In this document: positions 50,783-64,000 of the stretch, piece after piece
Layout: each line of letters starts with the position of its first letter
How positions within the stretch are numbered: position 1 is the first letter of the stretch
Source of the DNA: Piromyces finnis finn
Taxonomy: Eukaryota; Fungi; Neocallimastigomycota
Length of the DNA: 64,000 bases
Assembly: GCA_002104945.1 (NCBI GenBank)
Contig: MCFH01000050.1
Coordinates: 248,001 to 312,000, forward strand
Direction of reading: 5' to 3'
Notes under the pieces: model-generated
The model's input: only the letters and a program-made list of their open reading frames with translations
Database searches by the model: none
What the model was told of the DNA's origin: nothing
Position numbers and translations under genes: made by a program

Positions 50783-52313
50783 ATATATGTTTATATTTAA
50801 AATAATATTTTTAAAAAAATAAAAGAATATAATTTTAAAATTTTTATTGAATTGTGTTTTGTTTTTTTATGAATAAAAAAAATAAATTAAATTTAAAATT
50901 TTTAAATTAATTTTTTTTTAAAATTATTTTAAATAATTATTTTAAAACTATAGGTATAGTTAAATTTTAATAAATTAAATAAAAACGACTATATGTGAAT
51001 TATATATATATATAATGAAGCTATGACTATAACGAAATTTGTATTATAATTGTTTTATTCATATGAAAAGCAATTTTTCAAAAAATATTTTATTTAACAA
51101 TTTCAATTTAGCTTTATTTTATTAATACTTTTTTTGACTTTATAATTTTGATTTTTATCCCTCTATAATTTTTTGTGTAACTTTACAATTTAAAAAAGAA
51201 ACTTTATAGTTTATTTGCCTTTAATATAAAAAATTGGAATATAAAAAATTGAATAGAATCTGTACAGCTTTTTTTTCTTTATATATAATTATAAGGATTA
51301 GTATCTTATTTTTAATGATGAAAAAAAGGTAATAAAACATTATTATTAAATAGATTGTTATTGTAAAATAAATATGTACTTTTCTGTTTTGGATTTACTT
51401 TTATTTTAGTATTAAATATTAAAATAACTAAAAACACTTTTTTTTTTTTTTTTTTTTACTTTTAATTAATTATTTTTAAAGCTTCTGGATTTAATCGTAC
51501 TGTTAATTAAATAGATTAATACAAAATCAATACATGATAAAAAGAATATTTATTTCTTATATTAAAAACTAATATCTATAATCCTAATAGATAAATTAGT
51601 GACAAAATGAAAGTAAGCATTTAATAATATGATACTTTAAGATCTTTATTAATTATATATTTTAATATAAATGATTAAAAAAAAAAAAAGTGAAAGAAAT
51701 AACATTATTTATCACTTTAAAGTAATCTTCTTTTTAAAAATCAAACCTTTTATAATTTTATTTATAATATAATAAATTTTAGTATAGGATATACCTTTTT
51801 ATATTTTATCGTAAAAAGTATTTTTGAATTTACCATATGCTTGATTTATTATAAGTTATAAGAATTAAAACAGTTAATTAAAAAAAAAATTATAATAAAT
51901 TATGAATTATAATTGGTAAAGTTTAAATAAATGTTTCCAAATATTATTTACTATGAATAAAAGGTATATATAGAATAAAATATTCTTCTTTCTTGTACAT
52001 TATCATTATTAAAACATTTAAAGAAACAACAAAGAAAAATGATATATACTATATATATAAAAAAAAAAACTACTATTTTACATATATACATATATAATTG
52101 AAAAAATAATCTTATATATATATATAAATTTAAAAAATAAAATAAAATAAAATAAATATTACAACGTTGAAATTTAGAAAAATACAAAACTATATATCTA
52201 TTAAATTTGTCTATTTAAGAAAATCATTTATTAATATAAGTTTTTTTATTATAAATATTTGAAAAATAGCAATTGACTATTAATATAGATAGGAAGATTA
52301 TTATAATTATTAC

Positions 52314-52363
<50 letters not shown>

Positions 52364-52653
52364 TTGTTATTTATTTTTTTATTTTTTAATGTTAATATTA
52401 TATTTATTTATTATTTTTTTTTTATTTCTTTATTTTCATTTTTTAATTTTTTTTTTTTTTTTTTTTAGATTATTATTAAGCTTGGAAAAAAAAAAAAAAA
52501 AAAGGAGAATAGTTCACTTTTAATAATATAAATGAGAAATATTATTATGTATTATATATAAATAATTACAAAAAGAAGAAAACATTTGAAAAATAAATGA
52601 TATTATATAAAATAATTGTCCCTTTCTCTTCTTTTTTAATAGGTAGATTAAAA

Positions 52654-53717
52654 TTAACAGTTACATTGACCATTTTCTTGGTTATTATTATCTTGGTCAA
52701 CAAGATTAACTCTACCATTTTCATTTTGACCTGGTCTTGAATTAAGATTCTTATTGTTAGCTAAAATTTGTTCATATGGGATTTTCTTGGCTATAATAAT
52801 TATAATGATATTAAAATTTATAAGTTTATTTTTTGTACACAATTTATAATTTAAATAACTATTTTTTTTTTTTTTTTTTTTACTATTATTAATTATTATT
52901 AAATATATCTATTGGATTACTACTATTATTTAGTATTCTTAGAGTGTATCTTTATTTTTCAATTTTTCTTTAAAATAATAATAATAATAATACTAATAAA
53001 AAAACATTCATATTTAATTGATTCTTACCAAGTTCAGTGAAAACTTCAATAATATTGGTACCAGTCTTTGCACTAGCTTCAAAGAATAATAATTCATTTT
53101 CATTAGCATAAGCCTCGGCTTCTTCGTATGGTACAGCACGGTTATTAGCCAAATCAATTTTATTACCAACTAAAGCAATAACAATATTTGGATTAGCTTG
53201 TCTTTGAAGTTCTTTAACCCAAGTCTTAGCCTTTTCTAATGAAGCCTTTTTTTTTTAATAATTTATAAAATCAATATATTTTTTAAAGGTATTTTCATAA
53301 TATATAAGAAACAATTAATTATTAAAGAAACTATTAAAAATAGAAGGAAAAGATGATACATGATTTTATTTATAAAGAAAGTTTCAAGCATAGAAAATAA
53401 ATACTTACTGGTTTGGTAATATCATATACAATAACAGCAGCTTGTGCATTTCTATAATACATTGGTGCTAATGAGTGGAAACGTTCTTGACCAGCAGTAT
53501 CCCAAATTTCAAATTTAATAATACGATCATCAAGTTTACAACGTTGAGTTAAGAAAGCAGCACCAATAGTTGGTTCTTTGTTATCTTGATATTCATTGTT
53601 TACAAATCTAAGAACAATACTTGATTTACCAACAGCTGATTCACCTAATAAAACAAGTTTAACTTGAATTGGCTTCATATTTGAAGCAGCAGCATCATTT
53701 CTACCAGAAAAGCTCAT
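52654..53717 (-). CDS. RAB5: Rab5-family GTPase (Vps21/Ypt5-like), 3 exons
   Basis: GESAVGKSS, effector loop [45 protein letters not shown] and a C-terminal CNC prenylation motif. Confidence 0.95.
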
Positions 53718-56139
53718 CTTTGAAAATATTTATAAAAGTAAAAATTAACCTATTGAAAAATAATTGATATGTAGTGTTTTTATTGTTTTGTTATTATTAA
53801 AATGATTGTTTTAATGTTTTTATTTAATAGGTATTTTAATTGTTTTTATTTTTTTTATATTTTCATTTTTTTTTTTTTTTTTTTTTTTAGTAAATGCATA
53901 TAAAGAGGAATAGGTTATATATTTATTTAAAATAAATTATAAAGTATAATAGAAATAAATGTTAAGTTAGTACATTTATGTTATATATATAAAAAAAAAA
54001 AAAAAAAAAAACATAAAAACATAAAAGAATTAAAGAAGGAATAGGAATAAATTTGTGTGTTATATTAATGTTAGTAATTGAATTTTTGGAGATTTCTATT
54101 TCCATATTTATTTTCTATCTTCTTTTAAAAATTGGGATTATATTCTATTTTATATATGTAAAATATAAATATTTTTTTTTATGATAATAAATATGAATTA
54201 TACTGTATATTATTGTTTGAATAAATAAAATGCATTATATTTTATAATATAAAATTGCTTTAAAAAATATAAATTTGGTTCCTCTTCTTAATGTATATGT
54301 ATATATATATACAAACATTATTTATATATATATTGTTTTATATTTATTTTTAGTCATTGATATACCCATCCTTATTGTTAATATTATAATTGCTTTTGAT
54401 ATCCAAGTATTTTAAACTCTACGAATCTTTATTTAAAAAAAAGAAGTATTTTTAAAAATATTATATTCACATTTATTTTAATTAAAAATACTTTTATTTA
54501 TTTATAAAATGATTTGAGATTATTATCATTATGGATAATATATTATGCTTCTTATTTTATTATTTATAATTATAATTATATATACATTTCTTAAATGGAA
54601 AATAAATGATTTTGTAGTATATGAATTTTTCCTCCTTTTTTTAATATTTGTATATAATAATATTAATTCAAATTTATGCTTATGATGGTTTTATTCAAGA
54701 AATCTACCTTTTTTTTTTTAAATAATATTAATCGTCTTTGTATAAAAATATTATTTTTTTTTTTTAAAGTTTACAATTAGAAAATATTATAAATATTATA
54801 ATATTATCAAAAATGAATATATAAAAAAAATAATAATAATTATTTAATTATTTTTTATCTATAATTATAAATATTTTTTTTAACAAATATATTTTTAACT
54901 TTAAAATTATTATATATTATCAATAAATTTATTATATATTATAAAATTAATATATTGACTATATTTTAGTTCATATCATTTCTTTTACATTATTAATTAT
55001 TTATTATTATTAAAATTTTTTTTGTTTCCACAATTAATATTCTATAATTTTTTTAATTATAAACAATTAAAATTAATAAATAAATAATAATAATAATAAA
55101 AGCAATTCAAATTATACAATTATTAAAACCTATTCGAGAAAAAGGAATTATAAAAAATATATAAAAAGGTATAGTTTTGGTAAAATTGTAAAATTAAAAT
55201 AAAATAAAAAACAGTCATTTTCTAATTCTTTACAATTTTATTTATTTTAAAAAAGAAAATAAAAAGTTAATTTTAATATATTATTTTCATTTATTATAAA
55301 TTAAAAATGTGTGTAAATAAAAAAAAAACTAACCAGGAAAAATAAAAAGTTTTTTTTTTTTGACACTTATTACTTATTAATATTCTTTTTGAAATAACAG
55401 TTACTTTATTTAAAAAACTTTTTAAACTCCTATTATCTCATAGTATAGCCTAAAACTTAGTATTTGAAAAAAAAAAAAACTATTCAGTAAAATATCAAAT
55501 TTAATATAAAGTATTAGTATTAAATACACATACACATATATATATTTTTTAGTTAATAAATTATTATTTATAATATTTATTCTCCCATCTTTATGTCTAT
55601 TAAATGTTTCTTTAATTTTTGGGTAGAATATTAAGGTATATTGTGTGTGTATCGCAACAAGTTTAATTTTAAAAATTCAAATATATAATAAATTTTTATA
55701 TATCTTCTGTAGTTACTTTAATTTTATTATTATCATTATCATTAAAATTTATTTTAAATGAATAAAAACAAATATTAATATTTAATTCTTCATCATGAAG
55801 TGGTTTGTAATTATTTTAAAACAGATAAATTTTATTTTATTAATGAAAACAACTAAAATGTTTCTTTTCATTAATCAAGAATTCCTAAATTTTCTTATTA
55901 ATATTCTATAATTTAATATAATAATTTGTATTTTTATTTTTACTATTTCTTGTTTAAAAATTGTATATAAATTATTAATCAATATATATATATAAATTGA
56001 TATTTCATAAAATACCATTTCTTTTTTTATTAATTGGTTTGTTGTATTTTACATAATTCTTAAATATACTTAGCCATTCTTCGGAAAAAATTATTGATAA
56101 ATTATTGGGAGAGAAAGAATTATAGATGTTTTTCATTAT

Positions 56140-56170
<31 letters not shown>

Positions 56171-56742
56171 CTCTTAAAATACGATCCCACTCATCCATAA
56201 TAGAAACAATTTTTCTTTCTTTATATATTGTTTAAATAAAATCAATGTTTATTAAGTATATTTATAACTATTATATATATATTATATTTTGATTTTTTAA
56301 TTATTTTTTACAACTATTAGAACAACTAGAATTATAAATATAATATACTAATTCTTTTTCTTTTGGATTACTAAATTATCATTCTTAAGTTAAATTTTTA
56401 TTTTATACTGTCATTATTAAAATTAAAATACATATAATTATTTTTGGTATTACATTTTTTTTTAATGATAGCATATAAATGAACGGTATAATAATTAAAT
56501 ATAAAATATTTAAACGATATTATTTACTTTAATTTATATTTATTTTTAATTTTTTATTAAATAACTTATAATAAAAATGTTCTATTTATATGTATATTTT
56601 ATAAAAAGAGAGCTTTTATTATTCGTAAAAGATATAAAAATTAAAATTTTTAAAGGTTGTTATTTTTATTAGTATATATATATATATATTTTTTTTATCT
56701 ATCTATCTATCTTTTTTATTTGCTTATTTATCTAAATTCGGT

Positions 56743-57913
56743 TTATATTTTTATGGATTCACAAGCTTTTGGTAAATTGTGAATAAAAGTATGTACGGAA
56801 TGAAGGGCAACACTTTGATAGTCTGATAGACGACAAACTTCTTCATATAGAGTTGGTGTTGCATGAGTAACAGCTGTTGAATCAGCCACAAATTTCCCAA
56901 CCATACGAGATGGGTCATGTGACTTTTCATAGATAGAATAAAGTTCCTTTGAAAGGACCTTATCAAAGATAGCCCCTGGAAGAGACATTAACCAAAGAAC
57001 CATTCCAGTAATTTTTAAATCATAAATTTCTTGATCTGAAAATTTAACGCCAAAGGCTTCCTTTAATTTATTTTTAAGTGGGTATTTTATTAAGAAATCG
57101 TTAATTTTTCTGACATTGGCTATTCTTTCACTGGTAACACCTGGTCCTGAACGAGTACGAACATATTTATCAACATATTGATAATAGTGGGAAGCCTTTG
57201 CATCATCTACCAATTGTTTTAATTGTTTTCTAGCTTCTAATGGTGTTAAATAATAATTTGGAACTACAAAAAGATCAAATGATTCTGGAATAACATCTAA
57301 AATACATTCAATAATTTCTTCTGGGTTTTTAGGTGATTTCTTTTGAATTTCTTCTGGTATTGTTTTCATATAAAATTCAGATAATGGTTTCCAGTTATCT
57401 GGATCACGATTAAATTTGCAAAGTGGAATAGCGTTACGATCAGCTTTCTTAACAATGAAATAACCTCTAGAATGTCCTGTGACTTTATCAATCATATTTA
57501 ATGAATCCCATAAAAGATCTGTATTACACCAATATGATGGATCTTTTCAATTCAATTTTTTTTTTTGGAGTTTTTTGTTATTTTTTTTAAATTATAGTAA
57601 TAATATAATAATATTGGAATTCCATTTCAATAGTTAAGATTTTTATTTATAAAAAAAAATATATATATAATTATGTTTCTGTATACATACATTTATATCT
57701 TGCCTAGAAAAAGATATTTAAATAGAACAAATATTTAATATTAATATTAATATTACATTTTAATTTATAATTTATTCATAATAAATAAAAATAAAAAGGT
57801 ATACATACAACATCAAGAATTAATATATTATTAGATTTTGGGTGATATCCAGCAATTGGAGAATAATGTCCTAATTTTTTTAATATAAAAGACACGATAA
57901 TTTTTATTAAGCT

Positions 57914-57945
<32 letters not shown>

Positions 57946-59256
57946 TGTAGTATTGTAAATTTACAGTTTTTTATAATAATAGTAATAATATCTATAAATT
58001 TATAAATATAATATGTTACCATCACCAGTTTGACCAAGACCTTTTCTTGAATAACTAATGATTATATGGGAATCATAGGTTTGAACAGCTTCTTCAACAT
58101 CTTGTAAAAATTCTTTTTTAGTATAATTTTCAGCACGTTTTGGAATAACTGTTAAACCATTACAACGAGATAAACAAATAAAATCTCTAAAGTCAATACC
58201 ATGTTTTCTAACCTATATTAAGTAATATTATAAATATGAAATTAAAATATATATATTATTATTATATACATATGTCATAATCAAATAATCGTAATAGCAA
58301 TAAATAAATAAGTAAAAAATTTTAAGGCAAAAAAATATATATAATTAAATAGAATTATAGTAATATTATATTTACATATTCAAGTGAGTAACAGCATTCA
58401 AGCATATCATCTGACCACCATCTCCAAATACCTTTCCATCTCTTACATGGGTCAACTTCCTATAAACATTTACGAAAATTTTTATTTTTTGTTATTATTT
58501 ACATACTGCTTATTATAATTGACAATTCATTATTTATTTTTTAAAAAAATGAATGATAAAATTTGAATTTTAAAATCTAAATTTCTGAAATTCATTTCAT
58601 ATAATTAAAAATTTGTTTTACTGAAAAGCTAAACTTACTACTGCATTAAGAACCATACATAAAGTTCCTAAACCACAATAAGAAGGATCACTTTGTGTAG
58701 TGAAATTTCCAGATAAAGCGAAAAAATTGTTGGCATAACCATTATTTAAAGTTTCTTTAAATATCTATTTTTGAATTATTTTATAAATTATATTATACTT
58801 TAATTTATTAAAGAAATAAAAAAAAAAAAAGTAACAATAATAAATTTTATTTTGTATTTTATTACCTCAATTCCTTCCTTACTACCAAAATTAATTAATT
58901 TTTCCGGTAAACGTCTATTTAACATTTAAATTGAATAATTGTTATGATATAATATTTAGTAATTGAAAATCCAATTTTGTAATATTAAATATTATTCATT
59001 TTCCCTTTTTAAAGTTCATAATTTTTTTTTTTTTCCTAATAATTTAATGATAAAAATATATGAACCTTCCATGAACAGTTCTTCTCATAACTTCATTTGA
59101 GCTTTGCTTTTCTGGTGGTCTTAAGGTAAATTTATTTTTATATTGAAATGGACTATTATGTGAATAATTAGCCTTTAAATTTGTAAAATTTAATAATGCG
59201 GTTAAAGGCTTCTTATTTAAATTAAAAGAATTTGTTACACCAGCTAAAAATGACAT
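56743..59256 (-). CDS. PCS1: Phytochelatin synthase (glutathione gamma-glutamylcysteinyltransferase), multi-exon
   Basis: Catalytic triad motifs QSDPSYCGLGTL (Cys), GQTGDGHYSPIAGY (His) and LILDVARYKYPSYW (Asp, via a 13-nt microexon near 57.70 kb), plus VDP...WKGIWRWWSDDML. The 56743-57495 ORF is its C-terminal part. Confidence 0.93.
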
Positions 59257-60195
59257 TTTTTTTTTCTTTCTTCTGCTTTAAATTATTATGATAAGATAAT
59301 ATTAATTTATTATATCAATTTGATTTTTATTTTTTTTTTTTAAAAAAAAAAGAAAAGGATTTGAAATTATTATAAAAATGTTAAATATTAATAAAAATTA
59401 ATATTTATTAATTTTTTTCAAATATTAAAAACATATTTATTTTATATTTACTTTTTTTATTATTATTTAATTTTTATTGTTGGTATATTTATTATAATAA
59501 TATATATTATTATTAAGAAGGAAATTAATTATCTCTTGTTGACGACGACAAAACTAATTTTTCTTTTACTGATATATCATAATTATATAATAAGTTTTTA
59601 TCAACAATTAATTTTTTAAATATTTTTTAATTGTAAACATATAATCTATAGATATATAATTTTTTATGTAACAATCTTAAAATCCTTAATTCTTCATATA
59701 ATACAATAGATATATCCAATAAAATCGGTGAAAATAGCCAATAAAACAATAAAATTTTTACATTAATTATATCACATGAATAAAAAATAATGGCTCTAAC
59801 CACAATAAAATCTTTTTCTATTCACTGACAAGGAATCTTTTTTTCATTCTTATTACTGTATTTTTAACTCTTTTCTGTAATTATAATTTTTTTTTTTAGA
59901 CTAGGAAGAGAATACACTTCTTCTTGTATTTATTTATTTGATTTGAGATATTACATAATAATAGGTGATAATACATATAGATATAATAAATAATAAATAA
60001 AAATAAAAAAAAAATATATATATAAATATAAAAATATAAATATAAAATAAAATAAAATAATTACTAAAGTTGCATAAAAGTTCAATGAACTCTGCAATTC
60101 GTACTGCATGGGATTGGTCGTTACCTTATAAATTAAATGAAATAAAAAAGAGAAATAACATCAGGTAGGATAGTGTGGTGTCCACTAAACTCTCC

Positions 60196-60288
60196 CATGA
60201 GACCCCGATGAACTGTAAAGCTGTTCATTCAAATGTCTTTGGTGTAGCTCCTCATAAGCTAAAGTTCCACCAAGAAGGAACGGTAAAA
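60196..60288 (-). repeat. Dispersed hairpin-rich repeat, copy 2 (inverted relative to 22519-22624)
   Basis: The reverse complement reads CCGTTCCTTCTTGGTGGAACTTTAGCTTATGAGGAGCTACACCAAAGACATTTGAATGAACAGCTTTACAGTTCATCGGGGTCTCATG. Confidence 0.85.
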
Positions 60289-60665
60289 TTATAAATAATG
60301 AACCTTTTTCCTTTATTAAGCTATTATTAAAATTTTATTCCATTTAATTTTTCTACAATTTATTATATTAAAATTTTCTAGACTCAAATACAACTACACC
60401 ATTTTATGTATAATACAATTCTAACAAACTTTATATTTTTTTATGTGTTATTAAACTTTTTATTAAGCGATTTTATATAATATATTATGTTGTTACATAA
60501 ATCTATTTTACAGGACTACATTATATATTATTGGAATAAAAAAAAAATATTATGTAATCGTTTTTTAATCCTAATTCATATTATAATATGCATTTTAAAA
60601 GTTATATATTTTTATACTATTTTTCTTCTTTTTCTTTTTTTTTTTAAGGCCATTTTATTGTTATT

Positions 60666-60705
<40 letters not shown>

Positions 60706-60851
60706 ATATTTTATATAATATAACATGGTATATATAAAATAAGAATAAAAAATGAATATGTGAAAATAATTATAATTAAATGATCATTCTATATCAAATT
60801 ATACTAAAATAATCATTACTATTTAATCCTCTTTATAATATTATAATTTAT

Positions 60852-62147
60852 CTAGTTTTTAGTTTCTGTGTTTTCTTGTGGAGCAGTAGTTTCCTTATTG
60901 GCTCCCTTAGCTTCCTTTTTAGCTAACTTTTCCTTTTCTTCAAGTAAAAGTTCGTAAATTAAAGATAAAGCTTTTTCTTTATTTTCTTCTGTACCAATAA
61001 TGGTGAAGGTACGTTCTTCCTTGTTTTCATTAGTAATTGGACTAATACTGATCTTAGTTCCAGAAATCTTACGAATTTCGGCAATTTTACTACCCTTTTT
61101 ACCAATAGTACAACCAACAAAGTTAGCTGGAACCTTGAAGGTTAATGGTTGTTGAGTAGTATCAGCTTTAGTGTTATTAACGTTACTGACAATACCGTCT
61201 AACTTAGCAGCTAAACCGTTTTTGTCATTTAATGGTAAAGAACTAGCATTCTTTTGACTACTGTAGTGAGTACTGATATTTAAGAATTCATTAATGTTGT
61301 ATTTTTTAGATGGCTTGAATAAGATATTGTTAGTTGCCTTTTCAATATCTCTTAAAATGCTAACAATAATATAATGAATTGCAACATGAATAGCATCAGC
61401 AGTACCAATAACTTCAATAACACGTTCAGTGGATTGTGGAAGCATATCTTTTGAAGCAATAATATAAGCCTTTGAAGTATCTTGAATTTCTTTAATATTT
61501 TCACCGCTCTTACCAATAATTGAACCTAAAAGTAAATGTGAAACAAGTAAATGAATTGGAGTTCTAGTAACAACATGTGGTTTGCCATTATGATGTTTTG
61601 GATTGTTGGCTGGAAGGTTACTGTTTTCAATAAGATATTTGGCAAATAAAGCATATGCCTAGAATATTATTTTATTTATAAAGAAAAAAAATATTTAAAG
61701 ATATGAAAAAAAGTGAAATTAATTGGTAATTAGTTTTTATTTAAAAACTTTCATTACTTATATTTTCTCTTTTCAATTTATTATTGCACTACTATTTATT
61801 TTATGTATTCTTTTTACAAATTATTTTAATATTTATATTATATTTACCTTTGGGATATTATCTAAGGTACCAGTAACAGTTAAAATTCTTTCATTGACAC
61901 CTTCAACGACTGGAGAGACAGCAGCTTTGACACCAGTGGCATCTCTAACTTCTTTAACATTCTTTCCACCCTTACCAATGATAGCACCAGCTTCCTTTGA
62001 AGTAACTAAAGAACGAATTGAAATGGTTTTAGTTTTTAAGCTATCTTCGAGATCTAATTTTTCAATATTTATTTTTTCTTGAACAGTTTCAGCGGTAACA
62101 GTTTCTGGTTTAGTTTCCTTTGGAGCTTCAGTGGTTTCTGGAGTCAT
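60852..62147 (-). CDS. Three-KH-domain RNA-binding protein (hnRNP K/PCBP, Pbp2/Hek2-like); one intron at about 61660-61847
   Basis: KH motifs GAIIGKGGKNVKEVR, GSIIGKSGENIKEIQ and GCTIGKKGSKIAEIR. ATG at 62147 (MTPETT). Confidence 0.92.
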
Positions 62148-64000
62148 TTTAACTATAGATAACATAATTAAATTAAATAAAAAATTAAAAAATATACCAT
62201 AAAATTTTGATATTTATTTATTTATTTTAAATATATTTTAATAAAAAAAATTTTTTTTATCTATTATTATACATTGTTACAAAAACTTATTTTTATTTTT
62301 TTTTTTTTTTTTTTGGTATGTTTTAAATATTACTTTATTCATCATAGGTCTTTTTTTTTAAATTCTTTTATTCTATAAATTTCATTATCTATCATAACTT
62401 TATAATATTATTATTTTTCTAATCCTGATATTAAATGATGTTTTTTTATTATTTAAATTTTATTTACTATTATAATTAAAAGAAATGTCTTTATTTTTAA
62501 TCTTATATTACTTTAAAGCTTACTCGCTTATTATTTACTATTTTTTTTTTATCTATTTTATTAATTAATAAAAAGTAAATTGTTATAGAGTTTGTATTAT
62601 TTATTAATATTTATTTTTTATAATGTTTATTTAATTATTATTATTATTTTTTTTTGTTTTTGTTTTTGTTTTAATATCATAAGATAATTTTTTTTTTTTA
62701 CTTTTTTTTCTCTTTTTTCTTTTCATCTTCTCTTTTTTTAATACAAAAAATTATAAACACATTTGTTTTTTATTTATTTCTTTATTTATTTATTTGTATA
62801 ATATTTCTCTTTCCATCTGATGATTTAATAATAATAACAGGAAGAAAAAAAAGTCGGTAATATAATCTTTACCTTTTTATACTTAATATATGTAAAAATA
62901 AATTTGTAAAAAATGGTAATTTTAATTATTTGTTATATATTTATGATATGGATGTAAAAAGTGAAGTTATGGATAAACAATGGATATATTAAATCTCTAA
63001 AATGTTAATCCGTCTCTAAACTAATTGTTTTTTTTTTAAAGTTAGAAAGAAAAGAAAATAAATATTTATAATAGTTTTTTTTAATATATTTAAAATTATA
63101 AAATATAATGATTTGTATTAATATTTATATTACTTTAATATTAAATAATATTAAAATCTTTTTTTTAAGTTTTTTAATTATATTTAATAGGTAATATTAA
63201 TAATAAAAAAGAAAATATTTAATATTAATATTAATAATACTATAATTATTATAATTATTATTTAATAATTAACATTCCATTTATGTAGCAACAACAAATT
63301 ATTAATTCTTAAATTTAAAGATACAATAAAATATTATACAATAACATAATATAATACAATCTATTACAATATATATTACTTATTAAAATATATAATTGTA
63401 TAAAAAATAATTTAATAATTTATTTTTTAATACTAAAATTATGATTTATTAAAATTTATAATATATTACATTATAGCTTAATATATTTATAATATCATTT
63501 ATTTATTTTAAATAAATTAATCATCATCAAAAAAGGATAGGTTGTATCATGTACATTTGTAAACAGTAAAAAAGAAAAATAATGTAAAGTATTGTAAAGA
63601 AGAATGAAATTAAAAAGGTAAAATAGGATTATAAATAATATTTTATAATAGAATTTGACATTGGACTATGTTAAAATTTAATTTTTATCTGTAATTCCAT
63701 ACTTTATTATAAATACAATTATTTATATAATTTCACAAGGTATTAATTGATCATCTTTTTTTCTCATCCCAGTTTTAAATTATTATGTTTTAAATGTGGT
63801 TTAAATTATAAAATATTAAATTATTAATTAATATTTATATATGATTTAACTGATTATTACATATATTGGAATATACGGTTAAAAGTTTTAATTTATTATT
63901 TTTAATTAAAATTAATATTTAATGTATTCTACATCAAAAATTTAATATTATATTAAAAAAAATTTATTAAAATTTAATTAATGTAAATGATTTCCTTTTT

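Noticed and set aside
3-53717. Functional cluster of membrane-trafficking genes (sorting nexin, SNAP-like, VPS9, ATG8, RAB5)
   Set aside because: They are spread over 54 kb among unrelated genes. These families are numerous and there is no evidence of co-regulation; synteny data would be needed.
56743-57495. 250-aa intronless ORF as an independent novel or transferred gene
   Set aside because: Its frame extends upstream (PSYWCNTDLLWDSLN) and splices to the phytochelatin synthase catalytic exons.

Overview
Very AT-rich, intron-rich eukaryotic DNA, most likely an anaerobic gut fungus (Neocallimastigomycota). This is inferred from base composition, short GT-AG introns and gene content, not proven. 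The housekeeping genes, in order, are: a 5'-truncated PXA/PX/Nexin_C sorting nexin, HPRT, an orphan, an alpha-SNAP-like fusion protein, PGK, a second orphan, PIG-H, Prp9/SF3A3, Trm6, a VPS9-domain protein, Atg8, a BRD8-like SANT+bromodomain protein, an SDF2-like MIR protein, Rab5, phytochelatin synthase and a 3xKH RNA-binding protein. The standout region is a retroelement nest at about 12.95-23.16 kb. An apparently intact single-ORF LINE (APE-RT-CCHC, 13233-19177) sits inside a 5'-truncated copy of its own family, bounded by a 12-13 bp target-site duplication (TSD). Its 5' end is a tandem array of hairpin-rich monomers whose variant positions all preserve base pairing, a candidate new structured RNA or promoter array. 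A 203-bp SINE-like element with its own 13-bp TSD shares the LINE's terminal 21 nt. An older LINE remnant and a second structured repeat (second copy at 60.2 kb) lie just downstream. All splicing, folding and alignments were done by eye.
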